From positions 1,679,186 to 1,743,185 of the forward strand of contig RHPI01002533.1 in NCBI GenBank assembly GCA_009103225.1: DNA of 64,000 bases, given 5' to 3'. A program made the position numbers and the translations under genes. The notes beneath the pieces were generated by a model. The model had not been told where the DNA came from. It did not search any database and saw only the letters and a program-made list of their open reading frames with translations. Source of the DNA: Chlorokybus atmophyticus. Lineage: Eukaryota > Plantae > Mesostigma and Chlorokybus algae. Shown piece after piece: positions 39,590 to 51,327 of this stretch (the first letter of the stretch is position 1; the number at the start of each line of letters is the position of its first letter).

Positions 39590-41118
39590 GCTGCTGCTAC
39601 TGTTGCTGTCATCATTGCTGGTGCTACTGTTACTGTCAACACTCGACCAACACACTAATAGTTTTAAAACAAACACACAACCCGCTTACCAGGCGGAGCC
39701 ACTCGTCTCTGTATGCGCCCTTGAGCAGGCGGTCCATGCGGCGTTCCCCCGCGACGGCGTGCAACGCAGCCACGCTGGCCATCTGCTCCGCCTCCACCGC
39801 GCTCCCGCACGGTGCTGTGTATTGTGTACATGTGTGTAAGAGCGCAGTAAATGATGACGCGAGACACGCCGCCGCACGTTGTTGGGAGAGTTAGCTACCT
39901 TGTCGGTACCACACGATTATGTCTTCAGCGTTGTCTCGTGGGTCTGGCAGAATGGCGCGTGCATGGAAGCCCCCGCCGCCTTCCACTTGCACCTGGACAA
40001 CAAAGCCATGTGTGAGAAAGGCACCCGCGTGTGGTGATGTGATTGTGCAAACGAACAATGTGGCAAGTATGTAAGTCATTGACATTAAACATATGGCGCA
40101 CACACACATGTTTGAACTTTGGGTTTGGACGCTTGCCGTTCTTCTGGCACCATTCAGAGATGAGAGTCTTGGGCGTCTTCTCAAAATACTTTGGCGGTTG
40201 ATCAGTCAAAGCTGAAGTTCCCTGAACATAAATCACAACAACCATCATATCAATTTGTGCACTCGTGCATGCTACGTGTGGTAGGTGAACTGGCGTGCTC
40301 ACGTTGGTGGTGTTGGAGGTTGACGGGCCTGCTGCGTTGTTGTTATTACTATCAGCGGATGATGAGGGCAATGTTGAGTCAGCTGCTTCGTCGGTGGAGA
40401 CGGGGGCGTTGCCACCGTCGTGCTTGTTCTTGATGTGGTCCTTGAGGCGGCCGTCCTGCTTGTACTTGCGCTCGCAGAACGGACACTGCACCTCCTGTTG
40501 TATGAACAAAAGCGACGGGGATGGTAACAATGGTAATGAGGATGAGGAGACGGAACAGAACACACAGCGCAGCAGTGTTCTGCAGGTTTGTGTGTAAGCG
40601 TATGTGTTGGGTTGGGAAGGGGAGAGGGGGGGTATGTGTGTTGCATACTGCAACAACGAACATCATGAGCAGTGGCATACAACTTCAGTTGGGCATACTG
40701 TAGGCACAAGAAGCGCATGCAGCAGTACAACTGCACATGCACATCCATCAAGCTGCTTGTAACTGTACTGACATCAAGGCAACTGGCAACGAAACATACA
40801 ATCTGTTTGTAAAGTTCACCAATCAAATACACCCTACATGCATGCGATGCTATAGATGGTAGCACCCACCAACATCTAGGATTAACCTTATGCTGTGAAT
40901 CAACTGTACCAAGCTCCATGATACACAATCCCGCCTCCCGCCAGTTCAACTGAGTCTGTGACAAGCTGTAAATAAAACGAACAAGAAACCTGGCCATCGT
41001 TCTTCTTGGGGAGGTCCTCCCCCTTGCCGCCACAGCCCGCCAGGCCCGAGCTGTAGATGTGGCGCCGCGCCTTCGCCTTGTTCTTGTCCTTGTTCTTGTT
41101 GCCGCCTCCGCCCTCCAT
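34146..41118 (-). CDS. DExH-box RNA helicase, DHX57/DHX29-like, with an N-terminal C2H2 finger, UBA-like repeats and an RWD domain; multi-exon
   Basis: VVVCGGTGCGKTTQ, CCQPRRISA, DEVHER, LMSAT, ILVFLPG, HGSL, ATNVAETSVTIDDV, SKASANQR|..GRAGR, HA2 (PVDARLGKML) and OB-fold (FIHPSSV). N-terminal region has CPFCERKYKQDGRLKDHIKNKH, KTPKTLISEWCQK, LRALGFDEDDARRAA and EEMEVLRAIY. Confidence 0.93.
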
Positions 41119-41257
41119 GCTCCTTTCCTTGTGCTCCTCCTCCTACTCCGCCTCCACCGCCGCCGCCGCAGCGGGAGGGGCAATCACCTCTTTGAGGCGG
41201 CAGCGGAGCACAAGGAGGGGGACAAGGAGGTGCTGTTTGCGGAGAGAGAGGGTGTGT

Positions 41258-44180
41258 ATGGGGGAGGTGGAGGTGAGGGGCGAGGTTGTGCAAAAGCAGG
41301 AGGAGGTGGTGGCGGAGTGGTGGTTCGGGAGGGCGGCGGTGAAGCCAGCGGTGTTGACGCTGAGGACGGCGTTCGGGACGAGCCATTCGTCCAGCCACAC
41401 CCGCACCAACGCCGCTGTCACACTCACCGTTGCCGATACTGAAGGTTCAACTGCTACTTGCTTGCTTGGTTGCTGGCATACTCACTTACTTGCATTGATT
41501 GCATGCTTACGTCCTGAAGTGTTCCCATTGTTGCAAGCAACTAGTGCTTGCTATGTTGAAGTGTGATTTCTTTCAAGATTTTGCTTGCTGCAAGCAATTG
41601 GTGCTTTAAACTGAAAGCAACAGTTCGTGCGGTGTTTTCAACACCAACCACAAGTCGACTTCGTCAATCAGCATTGTCGGCATGGGTGCATACTATGCAT
41701 GCAGCTGATTGACTGTACACTCCACAATGTAAAGTCAGGCAGTGCTTTGGGTGTTCAATGAGAGTACGTTGCGTGGTAAGCAGGTTACGGTGAAGCGGGG
41801 TTGCCCCCGAAGAAACCTGGCGTATACGAGGCAGACTACGCCGACGTGCATGCATTCTTCACAGCCTGGGCAGCCACTGTTACCCAACAACAAGCATCAC
41901 CCAGCTGGTGCATTGTAGTTATCTGACAAGCAGTCACTCACACAATCACTTTGCTAGCTTGCTCACCGGCATGCAAACGTGTTTACTGTCACAGTGCAGC
42001 CAGCCTCAAACCTGACCCCTTTGCCGAGCTGCCAGTTGGTTACTTTGCTTCGCTGCAATATTATAACATTGATGATGCCGATGATGATGGACAAAGCTGT
42101 GGTGCTAGCCAAGAGGAGACTAAGAATGAGGGAGCTGTTCTACTCAATCGCGTCTTCAGGCTGCTGCTTCGTGCACTCGACACGGTAGGCATGACTGTTT
42201 CTTTTGCAGTCTGCGTGGCTGTTGTGATGTTGACTCTGCAGTGTTTGCCACAGAATGCCTTGGCGAGGGAGCCCTTTGCACCAGCTTGCAAGAGCGCGAT
42301 TGAAACAGCTATTCTGGACTGCTTGGCACGACACAGGCAAGTCATCTGATAAGCATGACTGTTACAGGTGTGTACAGACGCACCTTTATTCTTCAACTCT
42401 CCGTAGTGCAGAGGGGAGCCGCTCTACCGTACGCTGGGCTTGACCCTTCCCTCCACACCGCTATGGTGAGAACACCCCACTTATTAACTTGTTTCTCAAA
42501 CAAAACCTCATTCGTTGGCGCACGCAGTCGATCATTCTACACAGCGGCAATGCACCCCGACATTGCTGTAACGGTCGCGAACGCCCACGCTTTTCGCACA
42601 CATACGCCCCTGACAAAGGTTAATACATTGACTTTGCACTGTCTTGGCGCCTGTTGATGTGTGCATGCGCACCTAGTGGGTTCCCATATGTTGCCAGGTG
42701 AAGGTTGACATAGACATCGAGCGAGCATTGGCTGTTGTGGCGGCTATAGTAGGGCTGGATAAGAATGCTGTTGTTCATGACGGTGATGAAGTGCTGCGCA
42801 GAATCAGCGTTGATGCCAATGCCGCATGGACACCATCTCTAGCCTTGCGGTGAGAACAGATTCACACGCATATGCTGTTTACAACAAAACGCATATGACA
42901 CATGCACGTGCTCGCATGTGCTGTGATTATGCTGCTCCTGCGATCTTCCAATGTGGTGATGTTAAATACTATACTCAGCTTTCTTGAAGCCCTTGGGCCC
43001 CTGGAAAAACACATCCTGGCGATAGAGCAGCCCTTTCCTGCGGACCTCATGTGGGAGCCCTTGTCGACAAATGCAAGTCATGTTGGCCAACAGAAAGGTG
43101 TCAACGACACGATATTTACAGCTTCCATGTAATGCGCATGCAATGCATCAGCACTGATGGTTTGGGTCATTAACAGGTGAAGCATATCACCTAGATGCCT
43201 GGCGTGCAGTGCAGCGTGCATATAAATCCGCGGGGTGAGCTGCATTAGCACTTGCTGTTCTATCAATCTTCTGCATTTATGATGTTGACCTCATCACCAT
43301 CGTCGTGTCGACATCAAGTTGTTGTGCAGCGTCCTCGTTATTGCGGACGAGAGCATGCGCACAGCCGCAGATGTCTTTGCCTTGGCGCCTGTCGTGCATG
43401 GTACCAATTGTCTGCCTGCTCGCAAGTAGTGCCACAGTTACAACACCTGTAATGGATATGATGACAGCCAACATCATCATCGGCATTGTGCAAGCAGGGG
43501 TTAACATCAAGCTCGAGAAGGCCGGAGGCTACCGCGCCGCACTCGCTGCAATCGATGCCGCTAGAGGCGCAGACCTTCGCGTTTGGATTGGTAGGGGTTT
43601 ATGTGGATGCCACCATTATCACCATCAGCACCACCATTATCATCGCTGGTCACATACAGGTGTCATGGTGGGCAGCGTGGTGAATTCGACAGCCGCTGCG
43701 CAGCTTTTGCCTCTTGCGGACTATTGCGATCTCGACGGGTCCCTGCTGGTGAGTGTCATGCAAGGTTCTCAGCTCCAACATCTATTGTGCTTGTGGAAGG
43801 CAACACTATTTATGCTTTTGCACCGTGTGTCACAGGTCACAGAAGATAGTCAGGAGTTTGAAGGCGGCTTCATCTGGAACACCGGTATTGCTGAACAGTA
43901 TCACTACATACGCCTTGTACTTTGTTGCCAGCTACATGCACGCGATCAAACATTGCCAAAACCAACAAGATTCTTACCAACAACATGTAACTGTAGCATT
44001 GCTTGGTACCTTGCTTGACTCTGCTGGTTGGCTAAATGCTGTGCAGCCGAGGCAGCAGGTGTTTGGGATGTGGTGGCAGGCTCCCCTGTGTCGACCAAGT
44101 ATGGCCACGTTATGCTGGCGGAGGGTCTTGGTGGCTTGGGTGTGCGGCGCAAGAGCGAGCACGCCGTAAGAGCGAGATGA
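41258..44180 (+). CDS. Dipeptide (L-Ala-D/L-Glu-type) epimerase, enolase superfamily; multi-exon
   Basis: LTLRTAFGTSHS, DTEG|YGEAGLPPKK, SAIETAILD, R|GEPLYRTLGL, K|VKV, VDAN, IEQP, IADES, NIKLEKAGG, DLDG and final exon GHVMLAEGLGGLGV. These cover the catalytic Lys/Lys and Asp/Glu/Asp metal ligands plus the DLD motif. Confidence 0.88.
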
Positions 44181-44616
44181 TAGTCAAAGACGCCGCCATG
44201 GGTGGGCCAAAGTATATGTGTGTTGCACGTATACTCACGTACCATAAACATGCATAATGTCAGCTAGTATGATGTAGCACCCAGCATATAGAATATGAGT
44301 GTTGCGAGGTGCTTGCACTTGGTGTACCAAAGGGTTTATGCCTCAAATGGCGACAAGCTATTGTGTGTGCTGAATGCAAACGAGAGTTCTCAACGGTTGC
44401 TTACCATAATGAAGGCTTTCCACGTAAGTGATGCAATGACTACGAGCAATCTCCCCCCCACCCCTTCTTTTGGTCGACAACTTTGGCAATGAGTACAGGC
44501 AACTACTGAGGGCAGCGTGCAATATTCCATCGAATACCCCCCACTCCCCTACACCCCACCCCCTTTGTAACACCCCATTGATTTCGGGGCGAGCGGGGGG
44601 GGGGGGGGGGGGGGGG

Positions 44617-44705
44617 NNNNNNNNNNNNNNNNNNNNNNNNNNNNNNNNNNNNNNNNNNNNNNNNNNNNNNNNNNNNNNNNNNNNNNNNNNNNNNNNNNNN
44701 NNNNN
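44617..44705. other. Assembly gap (89 N) flanked by poly-G
   Basis: N run in intergenic DNA. Confidence 0.99.
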
Positions 44706-45675
44706 GGGGGGGGGGTAACCGGGGAAATTTGTATTCGACGAAATGCGATAATTGTTGTGACATAAACATGCACCAGCTGTTGACATGGGGCAAAGGAGCA
44801 ATTGTCCTGTATATTTGCCAGTGCACCCACCTGTGCGATTCGGCTTACGTCCGATCGTCAACCATATATATCACATTGTATGGTATATACGATACAATGC
44901 TCTACATAATCAACTCTGAAAGTTGTAATGACTTTAATTTATTGTGATATCTAAGCACTTCAAATTAGATACTTACACACTCCAAATCAGCTGTTTCAAA
45001 ATTTACATCCATTTTGTGGAATTGCTATTGAGTTGTGACAGTGACAGTCACAACTCAATAGTCCGTTGCGTACAAAAATGCGAGATGCAAGAGAGGACAC
45101 CACACATGCAAGTTAACCCGCACTTACATGGCAGGCTGGTCTACTCATTGTTACAAAATGAAAATGTTTCACTAGGTCACATAAGCAAAAGTTGCTGATG
45201 GTAAGGATTTTAAGATGAATTTATGCTACAATTGTAACACTCATCAAAAACCAGCGCTTATACTGGACACAAACATTATCCTGTCTTATGTATAATGAAT
45301 GGCTTAACATGTTTTCCCCCTTGGTAAACACTGAGATAGCAACCTTAACACTACGAGATGATACGGGACTTTCTGCACTCGGGATATTTTTTGTCGCATG
45401 ATGAGTTGATGACGTCGAGTGCGTGCGCACTGTTCTCTCGCTTTCTCTTGTGCCGCGGCGCGCCACCGCCGCACCCAAAAAGCGCCCCCGCACGCGGGAG
45501 TGAAAGCGAGGCTTGCCATTGGCCCGCCTTACCGCGAAGCGATTGGCTAAAAACCACATTGCAAAGATGAGATACCAGACTAGCAGGGCCAGGATACTTG
45601 GCGACGTAGAGTGTTGTTGCTTTCTCTACAGTGTGGCGGCAGCGGCGGTGGTGTGGGGTGAGTGAGTTTGTCAGG

Positions 45676-47962
45676 ATGGCGGGCGCCATGGCTGCTGCCG
45701 CCGTGACTATCCGTAGCTACGAGGGTCTGCGTGCCTCCTCTTCTTCCGCCGCGTCCTCATCCTCCTCCTCCTCCTCCTCTTTCTCCTCGCTCGCATTGCC
45801 GCCATGCTCGCGACCAGGCCGCAAGCAGCAGAGGCGGCGGGTGGTGACGGCCATGTCTGCGAGGAGCAAGCGGCTGAACAGGCCCCTGAGGGTGGCTGTG
45901 GTGGGCGGCGGTCCTGGTGGAGGCAGCGCGGCGGAGACGCTGGCTAAGGGAGGCGTCGAGACGTTCTTGTTTGAGCGAAAGCTGGACAATGCCAAGCCAT
46001 GCGGAGGAGCCATACCACTTTGCATGGTCGATGAGTTCCAGGTACGTGTGTCACTACATGTTGGTGCTCATGCTAGTGCACACACCACTGATGAATGTCA
46101 ACTCATTGTGTTTTGGGACACAGCTTCCCGCAGATATCATTGATAGGCGCGTGACGAAGATGAAGATGATCTCCCCATCGAACGTGGAGGTTGATGTCGG
46201 CAAGACTCTCAACGACCAGGAGTATATTGGCATGTGCCGCCGTGAGGTGCTAAATTGTTGTCGCATTCTGTTTCTGTCAGTGATGTGGCTCTCTCTCTCT
46301 CTCGCTCTCTGTGTGTGTGTTCATGTGTGTTCATGTGTGTTCATGCATGTGCCAACTGCTTGCATGTCCATTGTGAGTGCTTGCGCATGTCTACCAGCAA
46401 GCACTGGTCGTTGATTGTACATACATGTCAGTGTTTTCACTCTGTCCATGCATGGACGATGCCAACATGTCTTTGAATGCCAGGTCCTGGACGCTTTCCT
46501 GCGCAACCGTGCTGCGGAGAATGGTGCCACGATCATCAACGGCCTCTTCATGAAGATGGACATGCCCGGCGACAACGAGTCGCCATACGTCCTCCACTAC
46601 AATGACTACGCTGAGGGAGGCAAGGTGAGGTGTAGAACTGTGTGTATGCACTTGTGCCTGTCATATGCTCCCTTCTCACACACATACATGCGTATGTCCA
46701 GGCTGGTATTGCCAAGACTCTCGAGGTGGATGCTGTGATTGGTGCGGACGGTGCCAACTCCCGTGTGGCCAAGTGCATTGAGGCCGGCGAGTACGACTAC
46801 GCCATCGCCTTCCAGGAGCGCATCAAAATCCCTGAGGACAAGATGGAGTACTACGAGAACCTTGCTGAGATGTATGTTGGCGATGATGTGTCTCCTGATT
46901 TCTACGGTTGGGTGTTCCCCAAGTGCGACCATGTGGCCGTCGGCACTGGCACCGTTGTCAACAAGCCAGCCATCAAGGTGTACCAGACCGCCATGCGCAA
47001 CCGCGCAAAGGAAAAGATCTCAGGTGGGTGCGAGTGTATATGTGCGTGTGCAAACGCTGTTGTGCTACTCCTGTGCTCACGCGTGTGAACCTTTTTTCAC
47101 CAGGTGGCAAGATCTTGCGCATTGAGGCCCACCCCATCCCTGAGCATCCCCGCCCTAGGCGTGTGCGAGACCGCGTTGCTCTTATTGGTGACGCTGCCGG
47201 TGAGTTGCGCAGTGAACTCTCTTCCTGTCTCTCCTATGTGTGAATCTGACAAAGTTGTTGTGGCATTTTACAGGCTATGTGACAAAGTGCTCCGGTGAGG
47301 GCATCTATTTCGCGGCGAAGAGCGGGCGCATGGCTGCTGAGGCCATTGTTGAAGGTCTGGTTGCGTTTTTGTTCTGAAGTTATGTTGAGATGTCACGTTT
47401 ACTTGTGTCACTTGTGCGTGCCTGACTCTCACATTGATCATCATCAGGCTCTGCCAATGGTAAGAGGCTTGTCGATGAGTCCGACCTCCGCACTTACCTC
47501 TCCAAGTGGGACAAGACCTACTGGCCCACATACAAGGTGAGTGTGCATTTGTAGTTGCGTCGACACTGTTTCCTGAGACAGCTGCCACTCGTTAAGCGCT
47601 TGCCATGCATGTGTGCTGATGTTGTGCTCCTTGTACTCTTGCTCTCTTGCAGGTTCTGGACATCCTGCAGAAGGTGTTCTACCGGTCAAACCCCGCTCGC
47701 GAGGCCTTTGTGGAGATGTGCGCCGACAGCTACGTGCAGAAGATGACCTTTGACTCGTACCTCTACAAGACTGTCGTGCCCGGAAACCCACTCGACGACA
47801 TCAAGTAAGTGGGAGACCCTCTCGCTGTCCCTCTCTCTCTCTCACTCTCTCACTCTCTCGCCTTGGCTCTCGTGCTGACTTTGCTTCAGGCTCGCCGTCA
47901 ACACAATTGGCTCCCTCGTCCGCGCCAACGCCATGCGCAAGGAGTACCTTAAGAGGGTGTAG
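45676..47962 (+). CDS. chlP: Geranylgeranyl diphosphate reductase, chloroplastic; multi-exon
   Basis: Ser-rich transit peptide, then [107 protein letters not shown] and FDSYLYK. Confidence 0.98.
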
Positions 47963-48629
47963 AAAGAATCTGCAGAGCAACTGCAAGCGCGCTTTGTCCA
48001 CTTTTGGACAATACACTCGGTGCTGAGCCTACTGTTGGTAGCTTGGTCCGAGGCGGTGGAAATCAAAGATGAGGAGTAGCAGCAGCAGCAGCAGCAGCAG
48101 CAGCAGGTCGACATGTAGCTGACAACGAGATATAGCCAATTGGCCTTGATAGTTTGCCAGCAATCTAGGTGTTTGGCTGCTGCTGGTGGAACGCTGTGCG
48201 TGTACAGTTTTACCATTACCATGCTGTGTGCATGCCAATTGACTTATTACGCGTAAGCATAGACTATGATTCGGTTCACCCCTTTACAGCTTGTTTGGCG
48301 GATGCTACCTTGCCTTGTCACTGCCCCTGATTGAGCTCTGTCCATAGGACAATCTTCTGACTCCGCTGGCTGAAGTGCAAGTTGCACTTTGCAGTACCAA
48401 ACCTTCTTGGTTGTGAGTGCTGAATCCATCTGCTATCACATCTTTGAATGTCAGTGCTCTGGGTTGCATTTGTGCCCTATCGCTGCATAGCTGGAGTCAC
48501 TTGACTTGCATGCAGCTGAGGTCAACACAACCATTGCTCACACATCTTGTTTCAATTGCTAATGCTGTGCTAGCCTGCGGTGCGCAGCAAGCTCTAGCGA
48601 TGAGACACTCCGCGTGAGGGGAATCATGT

Positions 48630-49378
48630 GTGTTACGTCAAACTTATCATTGACAGTTGGTGTCTTTGCCATCATGGTATCAGTACTTCTAGGATACAAG
48701 CTGGCAGCAGTATTAAACCAGGAGTCATGCAGGTTGCCCATGCATTGCTGACTGACATGGGAATGCGGTGAGTTTGTGGCCAGGACTTCGGCCACAATGA
48801 TAGGCAATCTGCACACAGTGCGCATGCATTCTTGATGCTTGGTGCATAGTTAACAGCACTATGTTGTGCCGTTGGTACATCCACTAACTCAATAGTTCAG
48901 TACTGTGTGTACACATGAACATGCACGTGCATGGCCTGTCTAAGGAGCTTGATATCTTGCATGAGCGTCATGTAGAGTGTAACAAAGCATGCACGCAAAA
49001 CTGAGCGAGTAACCTGTTTACACCTCGTTGCTGCGCGAGGGGAGGAAAGCCTGCTCGAAGGTCTCTTCCAACTGGGACAGCACAAGAACCTTGTTGTGGT
49101 GGACCGCAGTGGGTTCACGCGTCTTGCTCACGCAGCACAGTCCGGTAGCGAAGCGTGCGCGTTCCTGTCGGGACACGGCAGATGAGAGACACTTGTCACT
49201 GGCACTGTGGGAAGACACTCGACCATTGCCTCACCATACCCTTCGCAAACAAGGACCGGTTCAAAAATACCATCAACGCGCTACTCGTTGCGGCTGCGCT
49301 CGTCTTCGACCAGGGCTTTAATCACCCACCACTCGGGTGGGCTGACAGACGCTGGCAGATGCTGACAGACGGATTTGT
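48630..49378 (+). pseudogene. Possible MULE-type DDE transposase remnant (frameshifted)
   Basis: Ordered fragments LIID...VAHALL (~48645-48750), VVVDR...A (~49095) and, after a frame change, DTCHWHCGKTL (~49185). These resemble the MULE D..D..CxWH..K pattern. Judged by eye only. Confidence 0.35.
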
Positions 49379-50472
49379 AAGTTGGTTTGCTATCTATTTG
49401 CTATGTAGCATACCTTTGTGTGTGCTCCATGCTATATTGTGCCACAACCGTACAAAATCTAAATGCAAGAGGTCTTGCTTGATTCATACATTAGATGTGA
49501 CATAGCCCTTCCATTGCATTCATAACATGGCTGGATTGATTAAAGCCTACAAGCTTGAATGCAATGTATACAACTCAAATCACCGCTTACGAAGAGTAGC
49601 TCGTCATTATTTGCGCTATTATTTGCTATAGCAAATCATATCAATGTACATGTGTATGCTTACAGACATATATGAGTTTAAAGTTGATGCACTCTATGTG
49701 CTGTTGGACAATGCATTGAGTGTGACCAAAGTGATAAAAGAGTATTAAGAATAAAGCTTATATGTAAGTAATAAATGCACATGATATAGACACGATAACA
49801 TGCATGTTAAAGTCTTTTATGCAAAGCAAGTTTAAGAACTGCTATAAACGCTTAAGCTCTAGCCTTTAAGAGTAACAATATTATGCTTATGGTTACTATA
49901 TGGTCAGCAGCAATGCAGTTCCCTTTGTTGCACACCGCATGATATCCATGTTACTATACGTATCATGTTATTCACTACAACGAGCATATGGAGGTCTCCT
50001 TTAATGTTAGTATTAATGTTAGTATTAAGTGTACAAATAAATACATTTATTGCATTGATTATGTTAACATTGAAGTGGATTGCAATTGTGTAATTATAAA
50101 TTCATATGTTAACCAAAAGAATATTTGCTGTTGTGCAATGTAAGAACCCGTTCACGAGTCAATTTACATGTATAAACGTTACGAGTAACGAGCAATTGTG
50201 CAAATGCATGTACAAACTTTATATTTATAAATACATTATTACTATAAATCGCAAAACACAATGGTTACTAAACCCCATTGAAGTGCAGATGAGCACTTTT
50301 TCGTTTTCATACTATAACACAATTGTTATATATGCTAATACTTAGCAATATTATCAATATATCATATTATTCTTGGATTTACGTGCCTGACATAAACAAG
50401 CTCTTGTAAATGGAGTTGATTAATCTTGCTCCGCGTAAATGGCTTACTAGCCCATCTCGTATCATACTTCAC

Positions 50473-51049
50473 GCAGGGCCAGCTGTACTAACACTAACCC
50501 TAACAGTGCACACAACAGCACAACAGGTCCAGCACGAAGGACTAGCGGAGGGGGAGGGGGAGGTTGCACGNNNNNNNNNNNNNNNNNNNNNNNNNNNNNN
50601 NNNNNNNNNNNNNNNNNNNNNNNNNNNNNNNNNNNNNNNNNNNNNNNNNNNNNNNNNNNNNNNNNNNNNNNNNNNNNNNNNNNNNNNNNNNNNNNNNNNN
50701 NNNNNNNNNNNNNNNNNNNNNNNNNNNNNNNNNNNNNNNNNNGGGAGGGGGTGGCGGGTGGGGTTGCGTAGTGGCACACACAGCACTGCACGTTATTGCA
50801 CAGCGCCTGTACCTACCTCCTCCACACCCGGCCTATAAAGCTCTCGTGGTTCCTAACAGGTTGGCTACCCTACTTGCTGCACTGCTTCAGATCCCATCAC
50901 ACAGCGCATAGGGCACGTAGTTAAGAGCTAGGAAGAACCCGGGGTGGTGTTCATTAACTGTATGTGAGCTGCTGTTGTATGTGCCTGACGTGCGTGGATG
51001 CTGCTGCTATATGACACAACATGCATGTGCACGTGTGACTATACCCTAT
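50473..51049 (+). repeat. Left pseudo-LTR of the PLE (contains the 172-N gap 50571-50742)
   Basis: Aligns by eye with 54072-54478, e.g. ctaacactaaccctaacagtgca, gggcacgtagttaagagct, gaagaacccggggtggtgttcattaactgtatgtgagctgctg. Confidence 0.92.
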
Positions 51050-51327
51050 GCACTTCGCCCCGGATTCTGGTGTAGGAGGGAGGGATGGCGCAAGCCTACC
51101 CGCCCAACTTTCATTGCCGGGTGCCAATCCTTGGTGCATGCACCTTGGATTGCTAGGTAGTGTGCCTGCCATTGCACTGCACAGGTAGGGTTTGCTGGGT
51201 TGTATATGTTAGTGGACTTGTGTGGAGCTGCTAGCACGCTGTGTGTTGATGTTATCCCTCGGTTAGTGCCATACATCTCATATGTGAACGCATTCATGTA
51301 GACAGGGACCGGACTACCAAGGACAAC

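Noticed and set aside
41143-41427. 94-aa minus-strand ORF upstream of the helicase (possible uORF)
   Set aside because: It is the antisense shadow of the epimerase first exon and starts at GTG.
10684-50742. Four N-gaps all bordered by G/C runs
   Set aside because: Most likely a sequencing or assembly failure at homopolymers. Gap content is unknown, so no biological claim is made.
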